From contig OY781964.1 of assembly GCA_963677485.1 (NCBI GenBank), forward strand, positions 1,344,001 to 1,408,000: 64,000 bases of DNA. Reading direction: 5' to 3'. Below the pieces are notes generated by a model. The model was not told where the DNA came from, did no database searches, and saw only the letters and a list, made by a program, of their open reading frames with translations. The first letter of the stretch is position 1, and each line of letters begins with the position of its first letter. Made by a program: the position numbers and the translations under genes. Source of the DNA: Armatimonadota bacterium (lineage in GTDB: Bacteria > Armatimonadota > HRBIN16). Positions 36,890 to 46,914 of the stretch are shown in pieces.

Positions 36890-39282
36890 CAGAACAAAAC
36901 AGCACACCAGAACCCGCTGATAATATCAGCCAGCCGGAAACTCCGGAGACGAATGAACAACCAGAAATGGTTGAAGCAACCCCAGAGCAAGCGAATACAG
37001 ATATCCAAAATGACGAAAACATAATCGACGCAGAAGATACGTCCGCTGATCAAGATATGTCCGATGATTCCGACTTGTCTGAATTATCTGGCAAGTCTGA
37101 TGAATCTGACCTGACCGACTTATCTGACAAGTCTGATGAATCTGAACTGACCGACTTATCCGACTTGTCTGAGACGCCTGACAGCGTAGATGCATCCACG
37201 GGACAGGTCTACGATACCCCTAAACTCAACCAGCGACAGCTACACCTAATGGAGCGCGTAGAACAGCGCATTCTCATCGGTGGGGCAGAGCCGCCGCATG
37301 TCAGCATCATGTCCAACTCCGTGGGAGCACCCCCTGATGCTATCCGGGCGATGGCCGCCCTCCTGGTCAAACGCGGCAAGATTTATATCATGGCCGACGA
37401 TCTCTACATCCACGCTCTCAGTTTCGAAGAGGTGGAAAGCCAGATCCGCGGTTATATCCAGAAAAATGGATCTGTCACAGTCAGCCAGTTGCGAGACTTT
37501 TTGGGCACAAGCCGACGGTTTGCCCATCCGCTGCTGATGCTGTTTGAAGTACGCAATCCAAACTCGAATCCCCGTCCCATGGGCGACAGCTATGCACCAG
37601 ACGACGAGAATGATGATGATGGTCCGATGCCCACATGGGAAGAATACCAGCAGTCACTGCTCTCCTCGCGCGACCGTGTCCGCATGGAGCGAACCGCAGA
37701 GCGTTCGAGCGGAGGCTATGGCCGTCCTCGAATGAATGCTGATGGCCCATCGGCAGGCGGCGGACGCAGCTTTGATCGTCCTCGTGACGGCGGCGGTGCC
37801 CGACCCAGCTTCAACAGAGACGATCGTCCACAAAGAAGCTTTGACGGACCACCAAGAGATGGCGCACGGCCAGCGGGCGGCGGTTACAACCGCGAAGGCG
37901 GCGGCGACCGACCCAGTTTCAACAGGGACGACCGACCACGAAGAAGCTTCGACGGACCACCAAGAGAAGGCGGGCGGCCCCGCGACGCAAGCTATAACCG
38001 TGAAGAAGGACGTCCAGCAAGAGAAGACGGACAGCCAGCAGGCGGCGATCGGCCCAGCTTCAATCGGGACGACCGGCCACGCAGAAGCTTTGACGGACCG
38101 CCAAGAGAAGGCGGACGGCCAGCAGGCGGCGGATACAACCGCGAAGGCGGCGGCGACCGACCCAGTTTCAATAGGGACGACCGACCACGCAGAAGCTTTG
38201 ACGGACCGCCAAGAGAAGGCGGGCGGCCAGCAGGCGGTGGTTACAACCGCGAAGGTTGCGGCGACCGACCCAGTTTCAATAGAGACGACCGACCACGCAG
38301 AAGCTTTGACGGGCCACCAAGAGATGGTGCACGTCCTAGCGGAGGCGGGTATGGCGGACGACCTGCAGGCGGCGGTTACAACCGTGACGGCGGCGGCGAC
38401 CGACCCAGTTTCAATAGAGACGACCGACCACGCAGAAGCTTTGACGGACCACCAAGAGATGGTGCGCGTCCTAGCGGTGGCGGGTATGGCGGGCGACCAG
38501 CAGGCGGCGGCTACAACCGTGACGGCGGCGGCGACCGGCCCAGTTTCAACAGGGACGACCGACCACGCAGAAGCTTTGACGGACCACCAAGAGATGGTGC
38601 GCGTCCAAGCGGAGGCGGATATGGCGGACGACCAGCAGGCGGCGGTTACAACCGTGACGGTGGCGGCGACCGGCCCAGTTTCAACAGGGACGACCGACCG
38701 CGCAGAAGCTTTGACGGACCACCAAGAGATGGTGCACGTCCTAGCGGTGGCGGGTATGGTGGGCGACCTGCAGGCGGCGGTTACAACCGTGACGGCGGCG
38801 GCGACCGACCCAGCTTCAATAGAGATGACCGACCGCGCAGAAGCTTCGACGGACCACCAAGAGATGGTGCACGTCCAAGTGGAGGCGGCTATGGTGGACG
38901 ACCAGCAGGCGGCGGTTACAACCGTGACGGCGGCGGCGATCGGCCCAGCTTCAATCGGGACGACCGACCACGCAGAAGCTTTGACGGACCACCAAGAGAA
39001 GGTGGACGTCCTAGTGGCGGCGGCGGTTACAGTGGTGGCGGACGTCCCAGTGGCGGCGGTGGTTACAGCGGTGGCGGACGTCCCAGTGGCGGCGGCGGCT
39101 ATAGTGGTGGCGGACGCCCAAGTGGCGGCGGCTACAGCGGTGGCGGACGCCCAGGTGGCGGCGGCGGTTACAACCGCGATGGCGGCGGCAGGCCGTCAGG
39201 TGGGGGCTTTAATCGAGGCCCGCGCCCTGATGACCGCGGCGGTCCGGATCGTAGGCCAGGCGGCCCTCGTAAACCAGAGTAG
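36886..39282 (+). CDS. SelB C-terminal winged-helix-like protein with an acidic N-terminus and RGG-rich tandem-repeat tail
   Basis: VTVSQLRDFLGTSRRFAHPLL resembles SelB WH4; ATGA-coupled to yggU; 10 RPSFNRDDRP repeats. Confidence 0.75.
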   Translation: MTEQNSTPEPADNISQPETPETNEQPEMVEATPEQANTDIQNDENIIDAEDTSADQDMSDDSDLSELSGKSDESDLTDLSDKSDESELTDLSDLSETPDSVDASTGQVYDTPKLNQRQLHLMERVEQRILIGGAEPPHVSIMSNSVGAPPDAIRAMAALLVKRGKIYIMADDLYIHALSFEEVESQIRGYIQKNGSVTVSQLRDFLGTSRRFAHPLLMLFEVRNPNSNPRPMGDSYAPDDENDDDGPMPTWEEYQQSLLSSRDRVRMERTAERSSGGYGRPRMNADGPSAGGGRSFDRPRDGGGARPSFNRDDRPQRSFDGPPRDGARPAGGGYNREGGGDRPSFNRDDRPRRSFDGPPREGGRPRDASYNREEGRPAREDGQPAGGDRPSFNRDDRPRRSFDGPPREGGRPAGGGYNREGGGDRPSFNRDDRPRRSFDGPPREGGRPAGGGYNREGCGDRPSFNRDDRPRRSFDGPPRDGARPSGGGYGGRPAGGGYNRDGGGDRPSFNRDDRPRRSFDGPPRDGARPSGGGYGGRPAGGGYNRDGGGDRPSFNRDDRPRRSFDGPPRDGARPSGGGYGGRPAGGGYNRDGGGDRPSFNRDDRPRRSFDGPPRDGARPSGGGYGGRPAGGGYNRDGGGDRPSFNRDDRPRRSFDGPPRDGARPSGGGYGGRPAGGGYNRDGGGDRPSFNRDDRPRRSFDGPPREGGRPSGGGGYSGGGRPSGGGGYSGGGRPSGGGGYSGGGRPSGGGYSGGGRPGGGGGYNRDGGGRPSGGGFNRGPRPDDRGGPDRRPGGPRKPE
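37804..39010 (+). repeat. Coding tandem repeat, 10 units
   Basis: Units start at 37804, 37912, 38053, 38161, 38269, 38404, 38539, 38674, 38809 and 38944. Confidence 0.95.
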
Positions 39283-40072
39283 CCTCGCCAGTTAACGTCA
39301 GTGTGCCATCGGGCATACGCTCGACAACGGCCTCACCACCCTTACTGCGAACCCGCACTAAGGGACCGGTGAGGCCGTTGTCCATAGAGACCACAGCCGC
39401 GGCACAGGCTCCTGTTCCGCAACCCAGCGTTTCGCATGCCCCTCGCTCCCAGATGCGCACCTGAACATCGGTGTCGCTCAGCCGTTTGACACACATCAGG
39501 CTGGTTTTTTGGGGGAATAAGGGGTGATTTTCCACCGCCGGCCCTATTTCATAGAACAACTCATCATCCGGCAGCTCATCACAAAACCAGACGGCATGGG
39601 TAGAGCCAGTGGACACGGCATGAAGCGTCAAATCGTGCGTTCCCACTTGGATGTGCAGTGGGGCCGCTGTCTCTGCCAGATATGGCACTAAAGCGGGCTC
39701 GTAGCGTGCGACACCCATATCTACCGTCACACGGCCATCATCGTGTATCACGGCCTTCTTCGGACCATCACTCGTCTCGATGGTCAACTGGCTGGCCTGC
39801 ACCAATCCATGTTGTCTTGCCCAAGCCGCGGTGCATCTCATGCCGTTGCCGCAGATATCCTCGGTGCCATCGGGGTTGTGCATCTTCATGAACACGCTGT
39901 CAGGTGTGGAGCCGCGTGATATCACCAGCAGCCCGTCGCTGCCCACTCCATAGTGCCGGTTACAGGCATATAGCGCGAAAACCGATGTTTCCAGCCCAGC
40001 GAGCTCCTCGGCGGCGCAAACCACGAAGTCGTTACCTGTCCCCACCATCTTGCTGAAACGCAGTTCCATCAT
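39209..40072 (-). CDS. dapF: Diaminopimelate epimerase
   Basis: GTGNDF, CGNG, WERG..ETLGCGTGA. Confidence 0.95.
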   Translation of the reverse strand: MMELRFSKMVGTGNDFVVCAAEELAGLETSVFALYACNRHYGVGSDGLLVISRGSTPDSVFMKMHNPDGTEDICGNGMRCTAAWARQHGLVQASQLTIETSDGPKKAVIHDDGRVTVDMGVARYEPALVPYLAETAAPLHIQVGTHDLTLHAVSTGSTHAVWFCDELPDDELFYEIGPAVENHPLFPQKTSLMCVKRLSDTDVQVRIWERGACETLGCGTGACAAAVVSMDNGLTGPLVRVRSKGGEAVVERMPDGTLTLTGEATLVYEGRLAYDPDRRGHQGAGLD

Positions 40073-40081
40073 ATACCCCTG

Positions 40082-40723
40082 TTAGTTCAGAAATCCCGCC
40101 CGACGCAAACTCTCTTCACTGACACTGTTGGATGTGCTGCCACCAAGCAGTCGCTCCACATAACGGCCAAGCACATCGGTCTCAATGTTCACAGAACTAC
40201 CGACACTACGTTCAGCCAACACCGTCTCCCGCCAGGTCGTGGGGATAATAGCAACCGTAAATCCAAAAGTTGTCAGATCAGCCACGGTCAGGCTCACTCC
40301 ATCTATGCAAATGGAGCCTTTCGGCACCACATAACGCAAGGCGTCCGGCTCGATGTCTACACTCAAGCGTACGGATACACCTTCATCCATCAGCCGTCGG
40401 ACCGTGCCAATTGCGTCCACGTGCCCCTGCACAATGTGCCCGCCCATGGGCTCACCTAGTCTCACGGCATCTTCCAGGTTCACACGGTCGCCCGCCTTTA
40501 GCAGTCCCAGTGTAGTGCGCCGCATGGACTCCGGCACCGCATCAAAGCTGAGGCTATCTGTGGTGATGTCGGTGACCGTTAGACATGCCCCGTTGATGGC
40601 GATGGAATCACCCAGCTTGGCCAGATTTCGCAACTTCTCACTGCTGATCGTCACCCGCATCCCTGCCTGAGCACTGGTGATCGCCTTCACACGGCCAACC
40701 TCTTCAATGATACCTGTAAACAC
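40082..40723 (-). CDS. ribE: Riboflavin synthase (alpha chain)
   Basis: MFTGIIEE, GDSIAINGACLTV, GGHIVQGHVD. Confidence 0.97.
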   Translation of the reverse strand: MFTGIIEEVGRVKAITSAQAGMRVTISSEKLRNLAKLGDSIAINGACLTVTDITTDSLSFDAVPESMRRTTLGLLKAGDRVNLEDAVRLGEPMGGHIVQGHVDAIGTVRRLMDEGVSVRLSVDIEPDALRYVVPKGSICIDGVSLTVADLTTFGFTVAIIPTTWRETVLAERSVGSSVNIETDVLGRYVERLLGGSTSNSVSEESLRRAGFLN

Positions 40724-41838
40724 TACATCTTCTCCTTATGGCCATGCGGCACTAGTCCGCTGATCATCGTATCAGCTCCATATCGCCTCGTGCTCACATC
40801 ATCCAGCCTTAGTGCATGGGCGATGTTCGCCGCACCATGTCCCTTGATGGCGGGGATACCCTGGCCTCCGAGTATCAGTGGCGCGATGAAGGCTGTCACC
40901 CGGTTGGCTAGACCGTCGTCCAACAATGAGCCCAGCAGCGACCCACCCCCGTCGCACATCACCGCGGTGATACCCCGTCTGTGCAGCTCTTGAAGGGCAA
41001 ACCGTAGATCCAGGCGACCGTCTGCAGATGCAGGAATGGTGATCACCGATACACCCAACGCTTCCAGTTGCGCCATTTTCGAAAAGCTCCCACTGGGCGA
41101 ACACAAAACCCAGAGAGGGGCTGAGGATACATCGCATAACTTTGAGGTCAGGGGGATACGCAGATTGGTATCTACCACGACTCGGACCGGGAATCTGGGC
41201 GGGTTCACTGACCGGTGCCGGACAGACAGCGTGGGGTCATCGGCTAGAACTGTGCCGATACCCACCATCAACGCGTCATGATGAGCGCGCATCAGATGCG
41301 CCTGCGAGCGTGCTTGCTCGCCCGTGATCCAGCGACTGCTGCCGTCCGCGGCTGCGATACGGCCATCCAGGCTGCAGGCGAATTTGGCGGTGACCCAGGG
41401 GCGGTCATGCGTCTGCGCGAACACAAACATCTCGTTTAGACTTTGAGCCTCAGCCTCACGCACACCACATTCCACCTCGATGCCTGCCTGACGCAGCTTC
41501 TCAAAGCCACTGCCGGAGACTTTTGGGTTAGGATCCTGCATCGCCGCGACCACACGGCTGACTTTTGCCCGGATCAGCGCATCTGCACAGGGGGGTGTTT
41601 TTCCAGTGTGGCTGCACGGCTCAAGACTGACATAGGCCGTGGCCCCTTTCGCCGCATTGCCGGCTTGACTCAGAGCTTCCACTTCAGCGTGCGCCATACC
41701 CGGTCGATGGTGATAACCCCCACCCACGATCTCGCCGTTTTTCACTAGAACACACCCGACCATGGGGTTTGGAGCCGTGAACCCCCGTTTCGCCAGGCTC
41801 AACGCCCGGCGCATATACTGGGTGTCGGTTTCAGTCAT
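40723..41838 (-). CDS. ribD: Bifunctional riboflavin deaminase/reductase
   Basis: PNPMVG, HAE, LEPCSH..PPC, SLDG. Confidence 0.96.
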   Translation of the reverse strand: MTETDTQYMRRALSLAKRGFTAPNPMVGCVLVKNGEIVGGGYHHRPGMAHAEVEALSQAGNAAKGATAYVSLEPCSHTGKTPPCADALIRAKVSRVVAAMQDPNPKVSGSGFEKLRQAGIEVECGVREAEAQSLNEMFVFAQTHDRPWVTAKFACSLDGRIAAADGSSRWITGEQARSQAHLMRAHHDALMVGIGTVLADDPTLSVRHRSVNPPRFPVRVVVDTNLRIPLTSKLCDVSSAPLWVLCSPSGSFSKMAQLEALGVSVITIPASADGRLDLRFALQELHRRGITAVMCDGGGSLLGSLLDDGLANRVTAFIAPLILGGQGIPAIKGHGAANIAHALRLDDVSTRRYGADTMISGLVPHGHKEKM

Positions 41839-42202
41839 TCGGCTTCTTACCGCAGATGTCCTTACTGCCCCGCAATAACTCGCGCTGCGCATCAACGTAG
41901 TTCTTCAAGGACTCACGCAGATCAATCACCGCGCAGGCCAGCATGCCAATTAGCAGCAGGCACATCACAAGCACATAGATGCCAAATGACAACAAAGCTG
42001 TCAATGGCGATCCGATAACGGCCGGTTCAGTTACCAACTTCGAGCACCAGACCAAGAGCGCCATCAGTAAAACCAGGCAGACACTGCCCCACACCCGAGC
42101 CCGGTATTGAACAAGCGACATCATATGGCGTTGAAACGACCACTGCACAACCAATATATACAGCAGCCCAACTATACCTACAGTGATGGCGATTGCGGTC
42201 AT
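41831..42202 (-). CDS. Hypothetical membrane protein (about 3 TM)
   Basis: RBS AAGGAGG, hydrophobic, overlaps the ribD start. Confidence 0.7.
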   Translation of the reverse strand: MTAIAITVGIVGLLYILVVQWSFQRHMMSLVQYRARVWGSVCLVLLMALLVWCSKLVTEPAVIGSPLTALLSFGIYVLVMCLLLIGMLACAVIDLRESLKNYVDAQRELLRGSKDICGKKPND

Positions 42203-42253
42203 TCGTAGTGCCTCCTTATGAGTCAGCGCATATATGCTAAGTCGTGTTTCGGT

Positions 42254-42341
42254 GTCGTAGGGGCGTCCCTTGTGGGCGCCCTAATCGTTGTTGATTCGAT
42301 AGTTTTGGTTTTAAGGCGCCCACAAGGGACGCCCCTACGAC
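42254..42341. repeat. Perfect inverted REP pair (27-bp arms)
   Basis: GTCGTAGGGGCGTCCCTTGTGGGCGCC / GGCGCCCACAAGGGACGCCCCTACGAC. Confidence 0.85.
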
Positions 42342-42539
42342 TTACATGCCTACGGACGCAGTTTGTGTGCAATCACTACTGGTCTACAGACCGCGCCAAT
42401 CTTGTTCCTGACACAGATCCCCATGGCTATCCGCCAGACCGGCGCGGTCTCGAGCCTTCTGCAACCGCTCACCTACGCACAGACCGCCCCGGACTTAGCC
42501 AAATGACGGGACCGTATTCGTCAACACATGGCCGCCTGG

Positions 42540-43214
42540 TTAGCGGGCTGATCCAGCAAGTGAACGCAACTCGCTTAAGGCGAATTCAAAGCCCTGGGGA
42601 TGTCCAAAGAGGGCAGAACCAGCCACAAACATGTCCGCACCTGCATTGGCAATGCTGCCGATGGTGGTGCTGTTTACTCCGCCGTCCACCTCCAGCCAAG
42701 CTTTAGATTGGGCGCCATCCAGCATCTCTCGGGCGGCGCGGACTTTAGGGATGCTCTGAGGAATGAAGCTCTGCCCGCCAAATCCCGGATTCACGGTCAT
42801 GATGAGTATCAGGTCGATGTCGCCCAACACATTTTCCAGTATGCAAAGCGGGGTATGTGGATTGAGGGCCACACCCGCTTTGGCTCCGCTCTGCCTGATC
42901 ATGCTTAGCACGCGCTGAAGGTGCGTGCAGGCCTCTGCGTGAACTGTGATGATATCAGCTCCGGCTCTCGCAAAATCAGCCACGTAACGGTCAGGATTCT
43001 CAATCATTAAGTGTATGTCGAATAATGCATTTGAGTGAGGCCGGAGAGCACTCACCACACCGGCACCAAAAGTAATGTTGGGAACAAAATGACCATCCAT
43101 CACATCGAAGTGCAGCAACTCCGCACCGGCCTCCGCGCTCATTTTGGCGTCTTGCCCAAATGCAGCAAAGTCGCTAGAAAGTAAGCTTGGAGAAAAGCTT
43201 ATTGGATTTGCCAT
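42540..43214 (-). CDS. rpe: Ribulose-phosphate 3-epimerase
   Basis: HFDVMDGHFVPN, MTVNPGFGGQ, EVDGG. Confidence 0.97.
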   Translation of the reverse strand: MANPISFSPSLLSSDFAAFGQDAKMSAEAGAELLHFDVMDGHFVPNITFGAGVVSALRPHSNALFDIHLMIENPDRYVADFARAGADIITVHAEACTHLQRVLSMIRQSGAKAGVALNPHTPLCILENVLGDIDLILIMTVNPGFGGQSFIPQSIPKVRAAREMLDGAQSKAWLEVDGGVNSTTIGSIANAGADMFVAGSALFGHPQGFEFALSELRSLAGSAR

Positions 43215-43215
43215 A

Positions 43216-45039
43216 TTACATCTTTACCTCTTTTTTTAGTTCTTCATTAATGAATACGCGGATGACAGCAGATCCGGTGAACTGCAGCGAAACCGCTTGA
43301 GACTTGCCGGAGTCGCACTCCTGCTCCAATGGAATGGAGGTGCCGTTATCGTCTGTCACCTCAACACGAACCATAGAAGTCGGATTACTGCTTGACGGTA
43401 CCTTCACATTCAGTGTGATATCTTTGGTGGCTGATTCACCGGAAGGGGTATTTGATGTACTGTCGGAACTATCTGTCGATGCCCCGTCCGATCCATCGGA
43501 TTTCGCGTCTCCGACCACCGGTTCGCCTTCCTTCAGCCCAAGCAACACAGAGGAATCCCGTAAAGCGGTAGATCCGGGCTGCGGCCGCTGCCATCGGACC
43601 ACACCGCCATCAGAATTCAATAGATCACCCACATTTTTCAACTCAGCCTTCAGTCCCAAGGCCTGCAGCTTAGAAACGGCGTCCTGTTGTGAAAGACCAA
43701 CTAATGAAGGAATGCGTACATCGCGGCTGCCGCTGCTTACCCACACACGCACTTCACGGCCTTGCTTCAGAGTTCGCCCAGCCAGCGGTTCTTGCTTGAA
43801 TACAGTATCCAACGGCGCATCATCACTGGGGGCCTCTTGCACGACCACAAACTGCAGCCCTAAGGACTCCACGACCTTCTTCGCTTCATCTGTCCGAACC
43901 CTTATTAACGCCGGAACTGTGGCTTCACCAGGTCCCTTTGTCATGTATACGAACACTCCAATGAAGGCGGCTAGAATCAAAGCCAGTAAAGTACCCAACA
44001 CCACTAAGGCTGTTTTCAATACATCATTTCCTTTGCGTTCCTCGTATACATCCACATCTTCCGTGTCATTGTGCAGGCTAATGCTATCTGTGGCTGCTAG
44101 CTTCTTTTTCGGCACATGCGATTTGGGAACTACTGGTTTCGCCTTTGCCAACTCCGGGCTGGCCGTATCACCCTTCAAGGGCGTATCCATGGGTGACCAG
44201 CGCAAGCTGCCCCCACTTTTGATCGCCAGATTGACCCGACGTAGGTCTTCCACAAGTTCCGAGGAGTTTTCGTATCTGTCCTTCGGATTCTTTTGCAGGC
44301 ACTTCAGTACGATGCCCTCAAGAGCACGAGGCACGCCAGGATTCTGGTTTCGCGGTGATGGTGGAGGGGTGGATTTATGCTGTTGGGCGACATCATGCGC
44401 ATAGTCTGCCGAGTAAGGAACCATTCCCGTCAGCATTTGATAAAGCAGGCATCCGAAACTGTAGATGTCGATGGCGACGGTAGGATCTCCCGGCTGGAAA
44501 TACTCCGGTGCCATGTATGGCGCAAAATGTTCATACCACTTCATACCGACCGTCTGGTCGTGCCGTAATGCCGGGGCTATACCGAAATTGACAAGTTTGA
44601 GAACACCCTCTCCCGGCTGCATGACCACATTTTGGGGGCAGAGGTAGCCGTGAACCACTCCCGCTTGATGTAGGCTTTCGAGTCCTTGAGCGATCCAGAG
44701 CCCGATTTCCGAAGCAGTACCAGGCGGAAGCTGCGTGTTAGGAATAAACTGCTTAAGGTCGATCCCCCTACGCACATGCTGCGTGACCGCCAGTATCTCG
44801 CCATCATCATCAACGACATCAAGGACCTGTGAAACTCGAGGGCCACCCACGACCTGTACCGATTGCAGCAGCTCCTTCAACATGGCACTTGAGCTACAAC
44901 TGGTGATCTCCTCACAAGGCGCGATCACGATCACATCTTGATGATGCTCGAGGTCGCCTGCCCGGTAATAAGTAAAGAGGGGCGATGCTGAGAACCGTTC
45001 CTTAATCTCATACCTGCCATTTATCACGCGATTGATCAT
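43216..45039 (-). CDS. PknB/PrkC-like Ser/Thr kinase-fold protein with TM and PASTA domains; catalytic motifs degenerate
   Basis: YMAPE and DIYSFG retained, then TM and two PASTA-like repeats; HRD and DFG altered. Confidence 0.85.
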   Translation of the reverse strand: MINRVINGRYEIKERFSASPLFTYYRAGDLEHHQDVIVIAPCEEITSCSSSAMLKELLQSVQVVGGPRVSQVLDVVDDDGEILAVTQHVRRGIDLKQFIPNTQLPPGTASEIGLWIAQGLESLHQAGVVHGYLCPQNVVMQPGEGVLKLVNFGIAPALRHDQTVGMKWYEHFAPYMAPEYFQPGDPTVAIDIYSFGCLLYQMLTGMVPYSADYAHDVAQQHKSTPPPSPRNQNPGVPRALEGIVLKCLQKNPKDRYENSSELVEDLRRVNLAIKSGGSLRWSPMDTPLKGDTASPELAKAKPVVPKSHVPKKKLAATDSISLHNDTEDVDVYEERKGNDVLKTALVVLGTLLALILAAFIGVFVYMTKGPGEATVPALIRVRTDEAKKVVESLGLQFVVVQEAPSDDAPLDTVFKQEPLAGRTLKQGREVRVWVSSGSRDVRIPSLVGLSQQDAVSKLQALGLKAELKNVGDLLNSDGGVVRWQRPQPGSTALRDSSVLLGLKEGEPVVGDAKSDGSDGASTDSSDSTSNTPSGESATKDITLNVKVPSSSNPTSMVRVEVTDDNGTSIPLEQECDSGKSQAVSLQFTGSAVIRVFINEELKKEVKM

Positions 45040-45252
45040 CTATTCACTGCCCCCCACATGATGTGATTGCAGCGTGCCTAAACCCGCGACAATGCAACTC
45101 AAGGCAAACAACACAGCATACACTCTAAACGAAATGTACACCAGTAAAGACGGTAGTATTCCGCTAACTAGATGCTGAAGTGCATATGTTAGTGCCAGAA
45201 GAATGGCAAAACATGCCCATGCGGTTCGCACCCAGTTCGAGTATTTTGTCAT
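45040..45252 (-). CDS. Small two-TM hypothetical protein
   Basis: Fills the gap between aroB and the kinase with coupled start/stop codons. Confidence 0.6.
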   Translation of the reverse strand: MTKYSNWVRTAWACFAILLALTYALQHLVSGILPSLLVYISFRVYAVLFALSCIVAGLGTLQSHHVGGSE

Positions 45253-46373
45253 TTCTCTCGGGATTCCCCATATATTTCACGGTGCGTCTGAATGGCCTTC
45301 AGCATCTGAGTGGAATCAACCGTCACAATGGGCAGGCTCACAGAACCTACACTGCTGATGAACACGAACTTCACCGATCCGCGTGCGCTCTTTTTATCTC
45401 TCGACATCTGCTGTACAATCTCTTGATCATACAACAATGCCGGTATGGATTGGCTAAACCCGAACAGATCCATGTCATGAGCGATTCGTTGGTGTGTGCC
45501 CTGCTCGGTATAGCCGAGTTGCTCACCCAGAATAGCTGCGTAGATCATTCCCACAGCAATGGCCTCACCATGAAGCATATGCCCCAGCCCCATCAGAGCT
45601 TCAATAGAATGGCCCAGCGTATGCCCATAGTTGAGCATGGCTCGTACGCCGCCTTCGCGTTCATCCTGCTGCACGACATCACTTTTGATCTGGCAGCAGC
45701 GGGCGATAATCTCTGGCCACTCACGATGGGTACTCTTCAGTAAGCTCACACCGGAATTAGTTAACTGGCTGGCAAGCTGAACATCCTGAATATAACCGTA
45801 CTTCAACACCTCAGCCAACCCGCTTCGCATCTGTCTTCGGGGCAGTGTATTCAGTGTGCTGATATCGGCAATCACAAGTTCAGGCTGGTAGAACGCACCT
45901 GCGAGGTTTTTACCTTCAGGCAGATCGACACCCGTCTTGCCGCCCACGCTCGAATCAACCTGAGCCAACAGCGTGGTCGGTATCTGAACAAATGGGATAC
46001 CCCTCATATAGCAACTGGCAGCGAACCCTGTCATATCACCAACCACCCCGCCACCCAGCGCGATGGCTGCTGAGCCGCGATCAAGTCCCGCCTCAGCCCA
46101 TGTCCTCAGCAGTTTCCCGATCTGCGCCCAAGTCTTGTGACGTTCGCCGGCGGGAACCAGGCACGGCACTGGGATAATTCCGATTTTGAGAAGTTCTTGA
46201 AACAGTTGGTCACCATATAGTTTCCAAATAACAGGGTGACTTACAATAGCGACATGCCGACCGGCGTAAGCCGACATGGCACCAATTTCTTGAAAAATGC
46301 TTCTACCAATGTGGATCAGGTATGATCGATCATCCAGAGGAACCTCAATGGTTCGCTTGATGCCATCCTGCAT
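45249..46373 (-). CDS. aroB: 3-dehydroquinate synthase
   Basis: GGGVVGD, PTTLLAQVDSSVGGKTG, LNYGHTLGH. Confidence 0.97.
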   Translation of the reverse strand: MQDGIKRTIEVPLDDRSYLIHIGRSIFQEIGAMSAYAGRHVAIVSHPVIWKLYGDQLFQELLKIGIIPVPCLVPAGERHKTWAQIGKLLRTWAEAGLDRGSAAIALGGGVVGDMTGFAASCYMRGIPFVQIPTTLLAQVDSSVGGKTGVDLPEGKNLAGAFYQPELVIADISTLNTLPRRQMRSGLAEVLKYGYIQDVQLASQLTNSGVSLLKSTHREWPEIIARCCQIKSDVVQQDEREGGVRAMLNYGHTLGHSIEALMGLGHMLHGEAIAVGMIYAAILGEQLGYTEQGTHQRIAHDMDLFGFSQSIPALLYDQEIVQQMSRDKKSARGSVKFVFISSVGSVSLPIVTVDSTQMLKAIQTHREIYGESREK

Positions 46374-46902
46374 CTTTCAGCCACCTCTTAATCTGCCGTA
46401 TTGTGTCTATCTGCTGGAATATGGAGGTATCTATTCTTTTATCTGCTGTTGCACAGTATATCGGTTCTCTAAGCTGAAACATATCGATGATCGTCTGCAA
46501 TGGGTCGTTGCTATCTCTTAACAGCGGTCTTGAGTTTCTATCGCCCACCCGCCGCAATGTGACCTCTGGTGAGGCAGACAGCCATATGATGGTGCAGTGC
46601 TTTCGAAGGCTGCTCACATTATCGGGGTTGAGTGGCGTTCCACCCCCAGTTGCGATGACCACACCATTTAGCCCTTCCAGGCTAATGATGGTTTCGTGTT
46701 CTAAGGCCCGAAAGGCCTCTTCACCGTAGAAGGAAAAATAATCGGTGACACTCATTCCAGTCTTTTCTTCTATCAGTATGTCCGTATCTACATATTGGTA
46801 GTTGAAAGCCGATGCCAGTCTACGCCCGGTTGAACTTTTCCCGCATCCCATGAATCCTATGAGTGCGATGTTCTGTGGCAGTCTTCTGCGGTTATCTTTC
46901 AT
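46345..46902 (-). CDS. aroK: Shikimate kinase
   Basis: GFMGCGKS, GEEAFR, ATGGG, RPLL. Confidence 0.96.
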   Translation of the reverse strand: MKDNRRRLPQNIALIGFMGCGKSSTGRRLASAFNYQYVDTDILIEEKTGMSVTDYFSFYGEEAFRALEHETIISLEGLNGVVIATGGGTPLNPDNVSSLRKHCTIIWLSASPEVTLRRVGDRNSRPLLRDSNDPLQTIIDMFQLREPIYCATADKRIDTSIFQQIDTIRQIKRWLKDAGWHQANH

Positions 46903-46914
46903 ATTTCATCGTGT

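Noticed and set aside
37804-39010. Possible CRISPR array
   Set aside because: Units are in-frame multiples of 3 with no unique spacers, and there are no cas genes
37736-39295. 519-aa alternative-frame ORF
   Set aside because: Shadow of the stop-poor tandem repeat; the variation between units is synonymous in the 798-aa frame
43304-44404. Long antisense ORFs (also 23364-24350, 59930-60859, 30315-31184)
   Set aside because: They lie opposite well-supported genes and are typical antisense shadows
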